The notes beneath the pieces are model-generated. The model was not told where the DNA came from and did not search any database. It saw only the letters and a program-made list of their open reading frames with translations. DNA of 64,000 bases from an uncultured delta proteobacterium (lineage in GTDB: Bacteria; Desulfobacterota; Binatia; UBA9968): NCBI GenBank assembly GCA_963816145.1, contig CAWFJP010000005.1, positions 256,001-320,000 on the forward strand, in the 5' to 3' direction. A program made the position numbers and the translations under genes. Positions 10,072-19,989 of the stretch are shown one piece after another. Every line of letters starts with the position of its first letter. Within the stretch, counting starts at the first letter, position 1.

Positions 10072-10983
10072 TTATACGATATGCATGCCGCCGCCGGGCG
10101 GCGGGGTCGGCTGGTTTTTGCCGGGCAGCCAGGGCACGTCTTTGCGCGGGCTATTGCCGATGACTTTGAACTTGGCCCGGCCCATATTGGCGAATTCGAT
10201 CTCGATGGTGTCGCCGGAGTTGACCGGCGCCAAACCTTCGTGAAATGTGCCGGTGAGGACTACGTCGCCGGGGCTGAGCGTGAGCAGCTTGGTAAGCCAA
10301 GCGATCTGGTTGGGAATCTTATGGGCCATAGCACTGGTGTTATAGTTCTGCCGTGGCTCGCCGTTGGTCCAGGATTTCACGTTGACGTTATGCGGATCGG
10401 GAATTTCATCCTTGGTGATGATCCATGGGCCGCAGCAGCCATGGGAGCCTTGGCCTTTGCCGACAAATTGGGTGCGCCGCACTAGACCGCGCGTCGAGAT
10501 GTCGAACATCGGCACATAGCCGAACACATAGTCGAGCGCTTTTTTCTCCGGCACGTCCTTGGCGGCCTTGCCCATGACGAAGGCGAATTCGGCTTCGGGT
10601 TGATAAACCACGCATGCGGGTATATCGCGCAGCTCGACTTCGCCGTCGGGGCCGACCAGGTCGGGAGATTTGTAGAAATATTCGTTGGGAAAGTTATCGG
10701 CGGTGCGCTCCGGCCGGTCAATGTAGTTGCTAAAGGCGGCGAGACATTTGCCCGGCCGCGCCAGCGGACTGCGCAACTGCACGCTCGACAGCGGCACACC
10801 GTCCTGCTCGGTTAACACCTTTTCAAACCGCTTACGGTATTTACGCCAGCCCTCGATGATCTCCTCCATCACCCGCTGCGGCCCTTTGGCTTTGCGCGCG
10901 CTGATGGTACTGCTGACATCCACGACCATGTTGTCGTTTTTGATCACACCGATCTGGTCGTCGTTAAAACGAAGAATCTTCAA
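10072..10983 (-). CDS. Fumarylacetoacetate hydrolase family protein
   Basis: PEAE, GYVPMFDISTR, GKG, GPWIITKDEI, LSPGDVVLTGT; TTG start after GAGGAG. Confidence 0.88.
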   Translation of the reverse strand: MKILRFNDDQIGVIKNDNMVVDVSSTISARKAKGPQRVMEEIIEGWRKYRKRFEKVLTEQDGVPLSSVQLRSPLARPGKCLAAFSNYIDRPERTADNFPNEYFYKSPDLVGPDGEVELRDIPACVVYQPEAEFAFVMGKAAKDVPEKKALDYVFGYVPMFDISTRGLVRRTQFVGKGQGSHGCCGPWIITKDEIPDPHNVNVKSWTNGEPRQNYNTSAMAHKIPNQIAWLTKLLTLSPGDVVLTGTFHEGLAPVNSGDTIEIEFANMGRAKFKVIGNSPRKDVPWLPGKNQPTPPPGGGMHIV

Positions 10984-11187
10984 GTTAATCTCCTCTCGGC
11001 CACATTTCGGCCTATCTTTGCGACAACCGGATGGGGTTGTCAAACTGAAAATCCCGGCTGTTCGACACTGAATCGAATGAGCGAAGGAACATTTAGAGCA
11101 TCGACGCGAAACGGTGAGGAGCGCTAGACGCCGCGCAAGTAGGGTAGTATGTCGCAGCGGCGAGGATGGAACTGAAAGAACGAAGAT

Positions 11188-12180
11188 TTATTGCCCGAAT
11201 CGTTTCAGTTCCGCATTGGCACCATGAAAAAACGCGGTGTTGGGTGCACACTGATTTTTGGCAACTTGCAGTCCGGAAATGGCATCGTCTTTGGCGCCTT
11301 TGAGTAGTTTGGCCTCAGCGACGTAGAAATGGGCTTGGCATTGCCGCTCCGTCTTAAGGGTCTCGTCGGTAGCTTCGGTGGCGGCGTAAAGGGATGACTC
11401 GTCGATCTTACCTAGGTAGAATTCCAAGACCGCGGCGGGCCAGCGCTTATCTATCGACGCCCGTGTTGCCAGCTCGGCGAGCTCGCGCGCCGCACCACTA
11501 TCGTCATTGGCTTTGCCTAGGGCCAGATAGCGCCACAGACTGGCATGGCGGTTGTCGGGTCTGGTGCGGATCACTTGCTGCAGTGTCTGGGCGCTTTGGT
11601 GAAAGCGCCCTTGAAAAAATAATAGGTCGGCGAGCGGATGAGGGTCGACGGCGCTAAAGCCTAAACGCATGGCGGCTTCGTAGTCGTCCACCGCTTGATC
11701 GTAGTTGCCGGCGTCCCGGTTGGCGATGGCGCGATCACGCATAAGCAAGGCATTGTGCGGTTCGAGCGCAAGCGCTTTATCGAAGTCCTGGAGCGCGTGG
11801 CGGTAGTCGCGGCTTTCCTGGTGCGCGAGCGCGCGCTGGTGAAATGCGTTGGCGACGGAGGCATCTTGAGCAATCACGGTGTTAAAGTCCTCAATTGCTG
11901 CCGCGAACTCCTTTTTGCCGGCGAAGATCTGGCCGCGCAGAAAATAAGCCGGCGTATAGTACGGATTGACTCGGATCGCTGCGTGCAGATCGGCCAATGC
12001 GCTCTCGTAATTGTTTTGGTTGAAAAAATGCAGCGCGCGCTGGTGCAGACTGGTGGCGTCGCGCGGTTGCTCGTCGCTCGGCATCCGGTTGTGCGCCAGC
12101 TCACTTGGCACCTGGGCCAGTGCGATTTGGCTGGATTGAAGCAAAATGACGAGCAGAGGAATCACTAGAAGTCTGTGCAT
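11188..12180 (-). CDS. Secreted TPR protein, NlpI-like
   Basis: Signal peptide, several TPRs (AYFLRG, A..DF..A), NlpI-like C-terminus (LWRYL, WP..V.EFYLG, CQAHFY). Confidence 0.8.
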   Translation of the reverse strand: MHRLLVIPLLVILLQSSQIALAQVPSELAHNRMPSDEQPRDATSLHQRALHFFNQNNYESALADLHAAIRVNPYYTPAYFLRGQIFAGKKEFAAAIEDFNTVIAQDASVANAFHQRALAHQESRDYRHALQDFDKALALEPHNALLMRDRAIANRDAGNYDQAVDDYEAAMRLGFSAVDPHPLADLLFFQGRFHQSAQTLQQVIRTRPDNRHASLWRYLALGKANDDSGAARELAELATRASIDKRWPAAVLEFYLGKIDESSLYAATEATDETLKTERQCQAHFYVAEAKLLKGAKDDAISGLQVAKNQCAPNTAFFHGANAELKRFGQ

Positions 12181-12472
12181 GGCGGCACTTATAGAGCAAC
12201 ATCAATGCCATCGAGTTTGTGAGATTCGGCCTGCCGATTGGTCGGTTTCGCTTCCTTGAAAGCGGTAAAAACCTGATAGTTTCATCGTCGTGCATCCCCA
12301 GCGGGCGAAAATTGAGGATGCTGCTGGGCAAATTTGTCAATGCTAAGGTTTGCTGATGGAGGATTCGGCCTTCACTATTTCAACGACTTGAATCTTGCAG
12401 GCGCTGGGGCGTATACAAGTTAGGCGATCCGGCAGGCGCTGCAGATCACGTTGGATCACTCTCGGAGGATGA

Positions 12473-13561
12473 ATGTTACTAATCAATAATCACGAAGTGG
12501 AAAAACTGTTTTCGATGAAAGATTGTCTGGCCGCCCTCGAAGACGGCTATGACGATCTGATGATCGGCGACGCGGTCTACCGGCCGCGGTTGGACTTGTG
12601 GATGCCTTGTGAAAGGCCGGATGGCTACTGGCGCTGGGGCACCATGGAGGGCGCGAGCCGCAAGATCGGCGTGTTCGCGATCCGCATGAAATCGGACATC
12701 GTCTACTGGCCGGGCGGCGAGACCGAAGAAAAATATTGCATGCAGCCGGGCACCTGGTGCGGTTTGGTGATGGTCTTCAGCGTGCGCAACGGCGAACCGC
12801 TGGCGATGATCAACGATGGCCTGATGCAACATATGCGGGTTGGCGGCTGCGCCGGCCTTGGGGTGAAATATCTCGCCCGCGAGGACGCTTGCGACGTCGG
12901 CATCTTCGGCTCTGGCGGCATGGCGCGCAGCTATTTGGAAGCGTTTTACGAAGTGCGCAAGCTGCGCAAGGTGAAAGTCTACAGCCCAACCAAGGCGAAC
13001 CGCGATCGATTTGCCCAGGAGATGACCGGCAAGCTCGACATCGACGTGGTCGCTGTCGACGCACCGGAAAAAGTCGTGCGCGAAGCCGACATCGTCGCAA
13101 CCTGCACGGACTCGACGCAAACGGTTTTCGACAACCCCGAATGGCTAAAGGAAGGCGCCCATATCACCTGCGTGCGCGCCTGCGAAGTCGGACCCAAAGT
13201 GATCAAGCAATGCGACCTGTCGGTCAAGCTCGGCAAAAATACCATCGAAGCGATGGACGAAGGGATGGTCCGCTTGCACGGCAACGTTGGCTACATCGCC
13301 GGCCAGCCGGAAGAGCGGGCGCGCATTCCCAATCCGGCGGTGGACAATTACAAGGGCGACTACTTCAAATACTTTATGGACGTGCGTTCCGGTAAAGTTC
13401 CCGGACGGCAAAACAATCAACAGGTGACTTTCTTCATCAACGCCGGCACCCAAGGGCTGCAATTCGCCGCCTGCGCGGGCAAAGTAGTCGAGCTAGCGAA
13501 AAAGGCCAAGGTCGGACGGGAGCTGCCGACCGAGTGGTTTTTGCAGGATATCCGCGATTAG
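12473..13561 (+). CDS. Ornithine cyclodeaminase/mu-crystallin family protein
   Basis: GEPLAMIND, LAREDA, GIFGSGGMA Rossmann motif, ADIVATCT, GLQFAA. Confidence 0.88.
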   Translation: MLLINNHEVEKLFSMKDCLAALEDGYDDLMIGDAVYRPRLDLWMPCERPDGYWRWGTMEGASRKIGVFAIRMKSDIVYWPGGETEEKYCMQPGTWCGLVMVFSVRNGEPLAMINDGLMQHMRVGGCAGLGVKYLAREDACDVGIFGSGGMARSYLEAFYEVRKLRKVKVYSPTKANRDRFAQEMTGKLDIDVVAVDAPEKVVREADIVATCTDSTQTVFDNPEWLKEGAHITCVRACEVGPKVIKQCDLSVKLGKNTIEAMDEGMVRLHGNVGYIAGQPEERARIPNPAVDNYKGDYFKYFMDVRSGKVPGRQNNQQVTFFINAGTQGLQFAACAGKVVELAKKAKVGRELPTEWFLQDIRD

Positions 13562-13657
13562 ATAGAGAGCTGAGATAGAGATAGAGACCGGAATAAGAGC
13601 GGAGAGCAGATGCTGTTGCAAAGGCTGGGCGCTTTCTATCTCAATTCTCTATCTCTA

Positions 13658-14026
13658 TCAGTATCCCAGATCCTCGATCTCTTCCTCGTCCATGCCGAAG
13701 TAGTGGGCGATTTCGTGCAGCACCGTGAGGCGGATTTCTTCGCGCAGTTCGTCGAGATCGGGGAAGTCTTCCAAAAGCGGTTCGGCGAAGATCGTGATCT
13801 TGTCGGGCAAGAGCGGCGGATCGAGGCTCGATCGTTCCGGCAGCGGGACGCCCTGATAAAGACCGTAAAGGGTATCTTCTTCGGGATCGAGCTCCTCGGC
13901 GAGCAGCAGATCCCGTGATGGCCGGTCTTCGACGACGATCGCGATGTTGCGCAGTTGTTCGCGAAACGGGCGCGGCAGCCGGTCGATCAGACGGGCCACT
14001 TCTTTACGAATATCGTGATGATTCAC
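13658..14026 (-). CDS. Zincin-like metallopeptidase (DUF1025/Zincin_1)
   Basis: LYGLYQGVPL, PDKITIF, HEIAHYFG zinc motif; likely GTG start at 14026. Confidence 0.88.
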   Translation of the reverse strand: MNHHDIRKEVARLIDRLPRPFREQLRNIAIVVEDRPSRDLLLAEELDPEEDTLYGLYQGVPLPERSSLDPPLLPDKITIFAEPLLEDFPDLDELREEIRLTVLHEIAHYFGMDEEEIEDLGY

Positions 14027-14046
14027 CGCACTTAAGTGTCTCGTAA

Positions 14047-15201
14047 ATGATTCCACGCTGCAAGCTGCCGCATCAGTTTCTCTGGCTGGCGCTAGCGCTG
14101 ACACTGGCCGGCTGCGCGGTTCCCATCACTATTCCGGTGCCGTTGGCGACGATGAGCGACGATCTCGATGTTGATTCATTACACTTGGCGATCGGCCAGA
14201 GTCTTTTTTACCTGCAAAAGTTGCCCCCGGAGCGAATCGTCGGCGAACAGCCGCGGCCGTTCACGACGCGTGAAATTCAAGAATCTCTGATCGCATTTGA
14301 TGCATTGCTCGATCAATGGCAGTGCCGTGATTGTTTAGCGCGCGCGATCGCCGTCCGTTTCGAGTTGGTTGCGTCCAGTGCTGAGCCGGAGCAGGCCGAA
14401 GTGCTTTTCACTGGTTATTACCAGCCCGTGATTGACGCCAGTTTGACACCCAGCGAAGAATTTCGTTTCCCGATCTACGGCGTGCCGCCGGATTTGGTCG
14501 CACAGGACCAAGACGGCGAAAGAAAACTCGGCAGGATCGAGAACGAAGTGCTGGTGCCGTATTATTCGCGCCGCGAGATCGACCAACTTGGAGCATTGCG
14601 CGGCCGCAATCTCGAAATCGCCTGGGTAAAAGATCCCATCGATTTGTTTTTTCTCCATATCCAGGGTTCGGGACTCCTACGCTTGCGCGATGGCCGCGAG
14701 ATCTCTGTCGGTTATGCGGCGCAGAGCGGGCTGCCTTATCGCAGTATTGGGCGCTTGCTCATCGATAACGGCAAAGTGGCCAGAGAAGAGATGTCGATGC
14801 AGCGACTACGCCGGTATCTGACTGAAAATCCGACTGAGCAGGAAGAAGTCTTTGCCTACAATGAGAGTTACGTCTTTTTCCGTGTGCTCGAAGGCGCACC
14901 CGTTGGCAGCCTCGGCGTGCCTATCACCGCCGGCCGATCCATTGCCACCGATTCGCGGTTGTTTCCGCGCGGCGCGCTGGCGCTGGTGCAGACGGATATT
15001 CCAGTTTTTGGCGCGCTGGGGGAACTTGCGGGATGGCGTCCGGTGACGCGCTTTGTGCTCAATCAAGATACCGGCGGCGCGATTCGCGGGCGACAGCGTG
15101 CCGATTACTATTTCGGCACTGGCGACGAGGCTGGTGCTCTGGCGGGTTATATGAATCGGCAGGGGCGGATGTACTTCTTAGTGCTGAAGAACCATCGATA
15201 G
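14047..15201 (+). CDS. mltA: Membrane-bound lytic murein transglycosylase A
   Basis: Lipobox LAGC; FTGYYQP, FFLHIQGSG, SYVFF, QDTGGAIRG..RADYYFG. Confidence 0.92.
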   Translation: MIPRCKLPHQFLWLALALTLAGCAVPITIPVPLATMSDDLDVDSLHLAIGQSLFYLQKLPPERIVGEQPRPFTTREIQESLIAFDALLDQWQCRDCLARAIAVRFELVASSAEPEQAEVLFTGYYQPVIDASLTPSEEFRFPIYGVPPDLVAQDQDGERKLGRIENEVLVPYYSRREIDQLGALRGRNLEIAWVKDPIDLFFLHIQGSGLLRLRDGREISVGYAAQSGLPYRSIGRLLIDNGKVAREEMSMQRLRRYLTENPTEQEEVFAYNESYVFFRVLEGAPVGSLGVPITAGRSIATDSRLFPRGALALVQTDIPVFGALGELAGWRPVTRFVLNQDTGGAIRGRQRADYYFGTGDEAGALAGYMNRQGRMYFLVLKNHR

Positions 15202-15353
15202 CAGCGACCGAAACAGCGATCAGCGAGGTTCAGAATGGGTCTGTTCCCCTACTTCCGCACTATCTTCGTCCTGCTCGACCCCGCGCTTTCTTCTTATAGA
15301 TACTTGAGACATACTCAATATGCGTTATTCCTAATATTCGGTGCATCGATTGC

Positions 15354-16229
15354 ATGGCTCGGCATACTGAAACACAGCGGTTGAAATGGGCATTGATCAT
15401 AAGTTCGGTCTATTTTTTCGCCGAGTTAATTGCCGGTTTTCTCACCAATAGTTTGGCGTTGTTGTCCGACGCCGGCCATATGCTATCCGATATCGGCGCA
15501 CTCGGTCTCAGTATATTCGCCTTCCGGGTCGCCAAGCGGCCGGCGACGCATCACAGCACCTATGGTTATCACCGCGTCGAGATCCTCGCGGCGCTCTTCA
15601 ACGGGCTGATGCTTTGGCTGATTGTCGGTGTCATCTTCACTTCCGCTTACAACCGATTGTTCAATCCGCCGGCGGTCGAAAGCTCCGGCATGATCGTCGT
15701 TGCGGTCTTCGGGCTATTGGTCAATATTGCCGCGGCGGCGATTCTCCACGCCGGCCATCATCACCAGAATCTCAACATGCGTGGCGCGTTCCTTCATGTC
15801 CTGAGCGACGCCGTCGGCTCGGTGGGCGCCATCGCCGCCGGCGCGATCATGCTGGCGACCGGCTGGTATCTCGCCGATCCGCTTATCAGTATTTTCATCG
15901 GCGCGTTGATCCTGTTTTCGTCCTGGAGCTTGGTGAAAGATTCGCTGAGCGTGCTTATGCAGTCGGTGCCCAAGGGTATTCATCTGGATGAAGTGCGCCA
16001 GACCATCGAAGCGGTGGACGGGGTCAACAAAGTTCACGATCTCCATGTTTGGGCGGTGACCTCGGATATCTACACGCTGAGCGCTCACGCGGTGGTGGAG
16101 AACGGCGGGGACTTTCATCAGGTATTGAATGGCATCGAGGATACCTTGAAAGAGCGCTTCAACATCGAGCACACGACCATCCAATTGGAAACCGAGAGCC
16201 GTGAAGACAAAGAGTTCAAAGACTTCTAG
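15354..16229 (+). CDS. Cation diffusion facilitator (CzcD/ZitB-like)
   Basis: SLALLSDAGHMLSD, HVLSD, His-rich loop, VHDLHVW, HTTIQLE. Confidence 0.93.
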   Translation: MARHTETQRLKWALIISSVYFFAELIAGFLTNSLALLSDAGHMLSDIGALGLSIFAFRVAKRPATHHSTYGYHRVEILAALFNGLMLWLIVGVIFTSAYNRLFNPPAVESSGMIVVAVFGLLVNIAAAAILHAGHHHQNLNMRGAFLHVLSDAVGSVGAIAAGAIMLATGWYLADPLISIFIGALILFSSWSLVKDSLSVLMQSVPKGIHLDEVRQTIEAVDGVNKVHDLHVWAVTSDIYTLSAHAVVENGGDFHQVLNGIEDTLKERFNIEHTTIQLETESREDKEFKDF

Positions 16230-16656
16230 TGTTTTGCTCTCCCAGCCTCCAGCGCCTTTCCATGAAAGTGAAAATGTTCCTGTCAGTCGGTGTCGGCGTG
16301 TTGATCTTTGCCGGTGGCGGTGATTCGCTGCGCAATGTCTTTGGCAATCGCGACGAATTTGTCATCTCCGGCATCGTCGAAGCGGACGACAATCACGTGG
16401 GTTTCAAGGTCGGCGGACTGGTTCATAAAGCCGCTGCCACGCGATGTCAGGCGGTCACAGCCGAAGTACATGCGCGAGGCGAAGCTCTGGTAGCATTGCT
16501 GCTCTGTGAGATGAGGCGCTGATGCTGGCGGGCTTTGGGATGTCTTTCTTGATTTTGCGTTTGCGCCGTTTCAAAAATCACTTGAGCTAGTCGTCCTTAC
16601 TGGCGCTCGGAATTCCAGATTCAAAATTTGAGATTTCAAAACCCGGCAATGAATCG

Positions 16657-17880
16657 TCAGGATGTATAGGTCGGACTCGGCAGGATCTTTGCGCTGCGCG
16701 GCAGCAGGCAAGCCATCAGGGCAACGCTGATAAACGACAAAATCCCCAGCATCCAGAAGATTGTCGGCAGTTCCGCGCTCACCAACAGCAGACCGACAAT
16801 CGATGTCGAGGTGGTTTTAGAAACCTGCTGGATCAAACGATCGAAGGAAACGATGCCACCGCGCAGTTCTGCCGGCGCGTTTTGCGTGAGCAGACTTTTC
16901 TGCATCGGCGAGATCACGCCGTTGGCGAGGCCGTAGAAAAATAACGCGCCGCCAATCAACCAGACGCCGGGAATGAAAGGCACCGCCAACACCGACGCGC
17001 CGCTGACAACAAAGGCCAGGAACAAGATGTTCGCTTTGTCGCGGCCGGCGGCGATGCGCCCGGCCTGGCTCGAAGTCATCATGGCGCCAATGGCAAAAAA
17101 GATGTAGAGCAGGCCAGCGGTGGCCGTTGAAATTCCGTGGGTGCGCACCAAGAACAGGGGAAAGTAAGTGAGAAATCCGTAGTCGAGGAAGAAGCGCAGA
17201 AAGCCGGCGGTGAACGCAATCACGAGCCGGGGATGGCGGGTCAGGCGCAGGATATCGCCCAGATAGTGGGTCGCGGGCTGTTTGTGCTTGGCTTGGGTCT
17301 CGGGCATGCAAAAGAGTGCGATCAAACCGAGTGGGATCGCCAGTATGTAAAATACAAACGGCCAGAACCAGGCGATAGTCGCAAGCAATCCGCCGAGCGG
17401 TGGAAAGATGAAGTAACCGATGCGGTCGAGAAACACTTTTAGACCTTGGCCGCTGATTTCCTTATCGCCTTCCAACAAGTCGCCGATCAGGACGATGGTG
17501 AGCGGAATCACGGCGGCAAAGCCAATGCCCTGGAGCGCGCGAAAAACCAACAGCCAAGTGAAGTTGGGCGCAAACGCCATGGCGGCACCGAACAAGCCGA
17601 ACACCATCAAACCGAAAGCGAGCAGCAAGCGCCGGCCGTAGAGATCGGCGATGACGCCGAAGATCGGCGAGAGGAAGATCGCCGGCGCGGTGAACAGCGT
17701 CATGATCCATGAGAGTTGCGCGTCGCTGACCTGAAATGGTTGAGTGAGCGCCGGCAACGCGGGCTGGATGAAATTGACCCCCATCATCAAAGCCAAACTA
17801 GCGGCATAGACGATACTCAGCGCACGCACTTTTTCCGCGGCGAGTTTTTCCAAACCAAAGAAGGCGGCGATGGAGCCCAT
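16657..17880 (-). CDS. MFS transporter
   Basis: GVIADLYGRR motif A, ~12 TM segments; start placed at ATG 17880 because the upstream ORF extension runs through a repeat element. Confidence 0.88.
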   Translation of the reverse strand: MGSIAAFFGLEKLAAEKVRALSIVYAASLALMMGVNFIQPALPALTQPFQVSDAQLSWIMTLFTAPAIFLSPIFGVIADLYGRRLLLAFGLMVFGLFGAAMAFAPNFTWLLVFRALQGIGFAAVIPLTIVLIGDLLEGDKEISGQGLKVFLDRIGYFIFPPLGGLLATIAWFWPFVFYILAIPLGLIALFCMPETQAKHKQPATHYLGDILRLTRHPRLVIAFTAGFLRFFLDYGFLTYFPLFLVRTHGISTATAGLLYIFFAIGAMMTSSQAGRIAAGRDKANILFLAFVVSGASVLAVPFIPGVWLIGGALFFYGLANGVISPMQKSLLTQNAPAELRGGIVSFDRLIQQVSKTTSTSIVGLLLVSAELPTIFWMLGILSFISVALMACLLPRSAKILPSPTYTS

Positions 17881-18062
17881 AGAGCCGAAAGTAGGCGAAT
17901 CGCCTGGGAAAGGCAAACTGCATGAGTCGAGTAATGGAGTGATGGAGTCTGTAAAGGGTTTCCGGACCAGCGAATACTCCATCACTTCAATTCCAGCATT
18001 GGTCAGCGCGGCAGCGCCGTGATATGCATGGCGCAATTCCAACCGAGAGAAGGATAACCGCT

Positions 18063-19493
18063 ATGGCTCAAGACATGCGCACTTGGATCGATCAATTGGA
18101 ACAGGCTGGATTGCTGGCGCGCATTGGCAAACCCGTCGACCCGCGCACGCAGATGGGCGCGTTGCTCTGGCAAGCGCGCGATCGCGGTCTGCTCTTTGAG
18201 AATCTCCCCGGTTATCCCGGCTGGCGCTGTTTAGGCCAAGCGCCGGGTGACGTGGCGTTGGCGCCGGTCGCTTTCGGCAAGGCGCGCGATGAGATGATTC
18301 CCGAATTCGTCCGGCGCACGGAAACTCTCGGTAAGACTCGCTTGGTCGAGACTGGCCCCGTGCAGCAGAAAGTTTTGCTTGGCGACGATGTGGATATTAC
18401 CCAGATGCCGATTCATCAGGCCGGCATTCGCGACGGCGGGCCGTTCATTGGCTCGGGTTTGATGATTACCAAGAATCCCGAGTCCGGCCGGCGTAACTTG
18501 AGCTTTCATCGCCTGCAAATGAAGGGGCCGAAGAAGACTGGTATCTTGCTCTACCCGCGCCACGCCTGGACCAATTATCAGATGTACGAGGCGCAAGATA
18601 AGCCGATGCCGGTGGCGATCATGATTGGCCACCATCCGATGTACTATTTCGCCGCGGCGACCACGACGCAGTACGGCGTAGATGAGTTCGAAATCGCTGC
18701 GGCTTTGCTGCAAGAAGATGTCGAGTTGATCAAATGCCGCACCGTCGATCTCGAAGTGCCGGCCTGGGCGGAAATTGTGCTCGAAGGCGAGATCCCACCA
18801 AAAATACGCGAACCCGAAGGGCCGTTCAGCGAGTTTCAGGATTATTATCTCACCGGTTCCGGGCAAAATCCTATCGTCAATATCAAAGCGATTACGATGC
18901 GCAACGACGCGATCTTCAAAAACGTCCAGAACGGCACCGAGGTCGAGGGTTGCGTCTACCACAAAGTTCCCATGTCGGCGCAGATCCTGCGGCGCGCGCG
19001 CAGCGTCGGCGGGCTGGCCGATGTGCGCAATGTTTTGGTCATGCCGGGCATCTTCGGTGTGGTGGTGCAGATGAAACCGCGCTACTACGGCGAGGCGAAA
19101 AACGTATTGATGTCGGTGTTGTCGAGCGAGTACCAGCATCCCAAGATCGCCATCGCCGTCGATGTCGACGTCGATATTTTTAATTACGCCGAGGTGCTGT
19201 GGTCGATCAATACGCGGGTCAATCCATCAGAGGACATCGTAACGATTTCCGGCGCGAAGATTCACGCCATGGATCCGTCTTGTCCGGAGTTTGGCCACCC
19301 TGGCGCGCCGGGCTGGCATCGCATCGGCGGCAAAATGATTATCGACGCGACCAAGCCGCCTGAATGCGACGCCAAGCGGCGCATCGAGTTCGAGAGGCTC
19401 AAACCAGTGGGTTGGGAGACGGTGAACTTAGAGGATTTTCTGCCGGAGGGTTCGCCGCCGCTTAGAATAAAACCAAAAATACCAATGGACTAA
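18063..19493 (+). CDS. UbiD family prFMN-dependent (de)carboxylase
   Basis: DGGPFI, HRLQ, AEIVLEG, EGPFSEF catalytic loop, VDVDVDI, KMIIDATKP. Confidence 0.93.
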   Translation: MAQDMRTWIDQLEQAGLLARIGKPVDPRTQMGALLWQARDRGLLFENLPGYPGWRCLGQAPGDVALAPVAFGKARDEMIPEFVRRTETLGKTRLVETGPVQQKVLLGDDVDITQMPIHQAGIRDGGPFIGSGLMITKNPESGRRNLSFHRLQMKGPKKTGILLYPRHAWTNYQMYEAQDKPMPVAIMIGHHPMYYFAAATTTQYGVDEFEIAAALLQEDVELIKCRTVDLEVPAWAEIVLEGEIPPKIREPEGPFSEFQDYYLTGSGQNPIVNIKAITMRNDAIFKNVQNGTEVEGCVYHKVPMSAQILRRARSVGGLADVRNVLVMPGIFGVVVQMKPRYYGEAKNVLMSVLSSEYQHPKIAIAVDVDVDIFNYAEVLWSINTRVNPSEDIVTISGAKIHAMDPSCPEFGHPGAPGWHRIGGKMIIDATKPPECDAKRRIEFERLKPVGWETVNLEDFLPEGSPPLRIKPKIPMD

Positions 19494-19588
19494 AACGTTT
19501 CGTTCAAGGTTCAAGCGATCAAAGGTTCAACCTTGCTCCGTTCGGATTCCGACCTTGAACTCTTGAACCAAGCGCGGCGAGAGCCGCG

Positions 19589-19834
19589 CTATTCATCCGA
19601 CTCGCCGAAATAGTCTCTGACAATTCTTTCCTTGATATATTCGATGGCGCCCAGGTCCTGGATGATGTCGCCGCCAGTGTCGTAGAAAAAGATGTCGCCG
19701 TTCTTGTTGCGGCCGATGGCGACCAACCAATCGAGTTCGTCACGATCTTCCAACAGATAGTTGATAGCCTGATTTGCCCCTTTGCTGGCGATGATGGTTA
19801 CTTTGGGATTAGTGGTTTTCTTTACCTGGGTCAT
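19589..19834 (-). CDS. Hypothetical small protein (81 aa)
   Basis: ATG preceded by AGGAGG; plausible globular composition; no family recognised. Confidence 0.7.
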   Translation of the reverse strand: MTQVKKTTNPKVTIIASKGANQAINYLLEDRDELDWLVAIGRNKNGDIFFYDTGGDIIQDLGAIEYIKERIVRDYFGESDE

Positions 19835-19989
19835 TGCGCGGCCTCCTGGACCAGGAGAAAGTCTATAATAGTTAGCATAGGTAAACAACTTCGGCGGCCA
19901 GCCGCGAAAAGTTGGAGTATTGGAGTGATAGAATGTTGGAGTACTGGGTCCCGGACTACCCGCCACTCCATCACTCCAATCTTGTTCCG

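Noticed and set aside
16229-16545. Small ORFs between the CDF and MFS genes
   Set aside because: Three overlapping candidates with no recognisable family or clear RBS; I cannot choose one.
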